IMG/VR virus record: IMGVR_UViG_2648501400_000001
DNA from: a virus
Taxonomy: Duplodnaviria; Heunggongvirae; Uroviricota; Caudoviricetes
DNA length: 7,984 nt
Strand: one strand, 5' to 3'
The notes below the pieces were generated by a model. The model searched no databases and was not told the DNA's origin. It saw only the letters and a list, made by a program, of their open reading frames with translations. Positions 7,894 through 7,984 of this stretch are shown here, piece after piece; within the stretch, counting starts at the first letter, position 1; the number at the start of each line of letters is the position of its first letter. The position numbers and the translations under genes are program-made.

Positions 7894-7919
7894 TCAACGG
7901 AGCACCGTATTGACGCTTA
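7888..7919. other. Perfect 10-bp inverted repeat (TAAGCGTCAA ... TTGACGCTTA) with a 12-nt loop at the boundary between the Z remnant and unrelated upstream sequence; possible terminator-like hairpin or recombination junction
   Basis: Read directly from the sequence: 7888-7897 taagcgtcaa, 7910-7919 ttgacgctta. A T-rich tract (TTTATT) follows on the plus strand and ATTTAT on the minus strand. Confidence 0.4.
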
Positions 7920-7984
7920 TTTATTGGTGAGTACTACGTTCCATGGCAGGAGTTCATCAACTCGGTTGGAAGGCCATTCCGGCA
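7917..7984 (-). CDS. 3' end of an unidentified minus-strand ORF (...PEWPSNRVDELLPWNVVLTNK*), not recognisable as a lambda tail or head gene
   Basis: Hand translation: the frame is open from the window edge to the TAA at 7919-7917. Too short to judge whether it is really coding; its stop lies inside the right arm of the hairpin. Confidence 0.25.
   Translation of the reverse strand, partial: PEWPSNRVDELLPWNVVLTNK

Noticed and set aside
1-7984. CRISPR arrays, tRNA/rRNA genes, integrase/att sites, toxin-antitoxin or defence-system genes
   Set aside because: I looked for short regularly spaced repeats, tRNA-like cloverleaf sequence (especially near the right-hand junction), and small accessory gene pairs. 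None is present; the window is filled by tail structural genes.

Overview
The whole window is one co-directional (minus-strand) block of a lambda-like (lambdoid) phage tail morphogenesis module, in canonical lambda order: Z (3' remnant) - U - V - G/G-T - H (tape measure) - M - L - K (remnant) - I - J (5' part, runs off the window start). The proteins are recognisable as close relatives of phage lambda tail proteins, recalled from memory rather than searched. Genes are tightly packed with overlapping stop/start codons, and the known G/G-T -1 frameshift slippery heptamer is present. I see no evidence of a novel defence or other accessory system here. The two observations most worth a second look are structural lesions: gene K is reduced to about 265 bp by an apparent frameshifting internal deletion, and gene Z has lost its 5' half where the module joins unrelated sequence at the window's right edge. 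Together they suggest a defective or cryptic prophage rather than an intact phage. All plus-strand ORFs in the track are antisense to these genes and are judged spurious.
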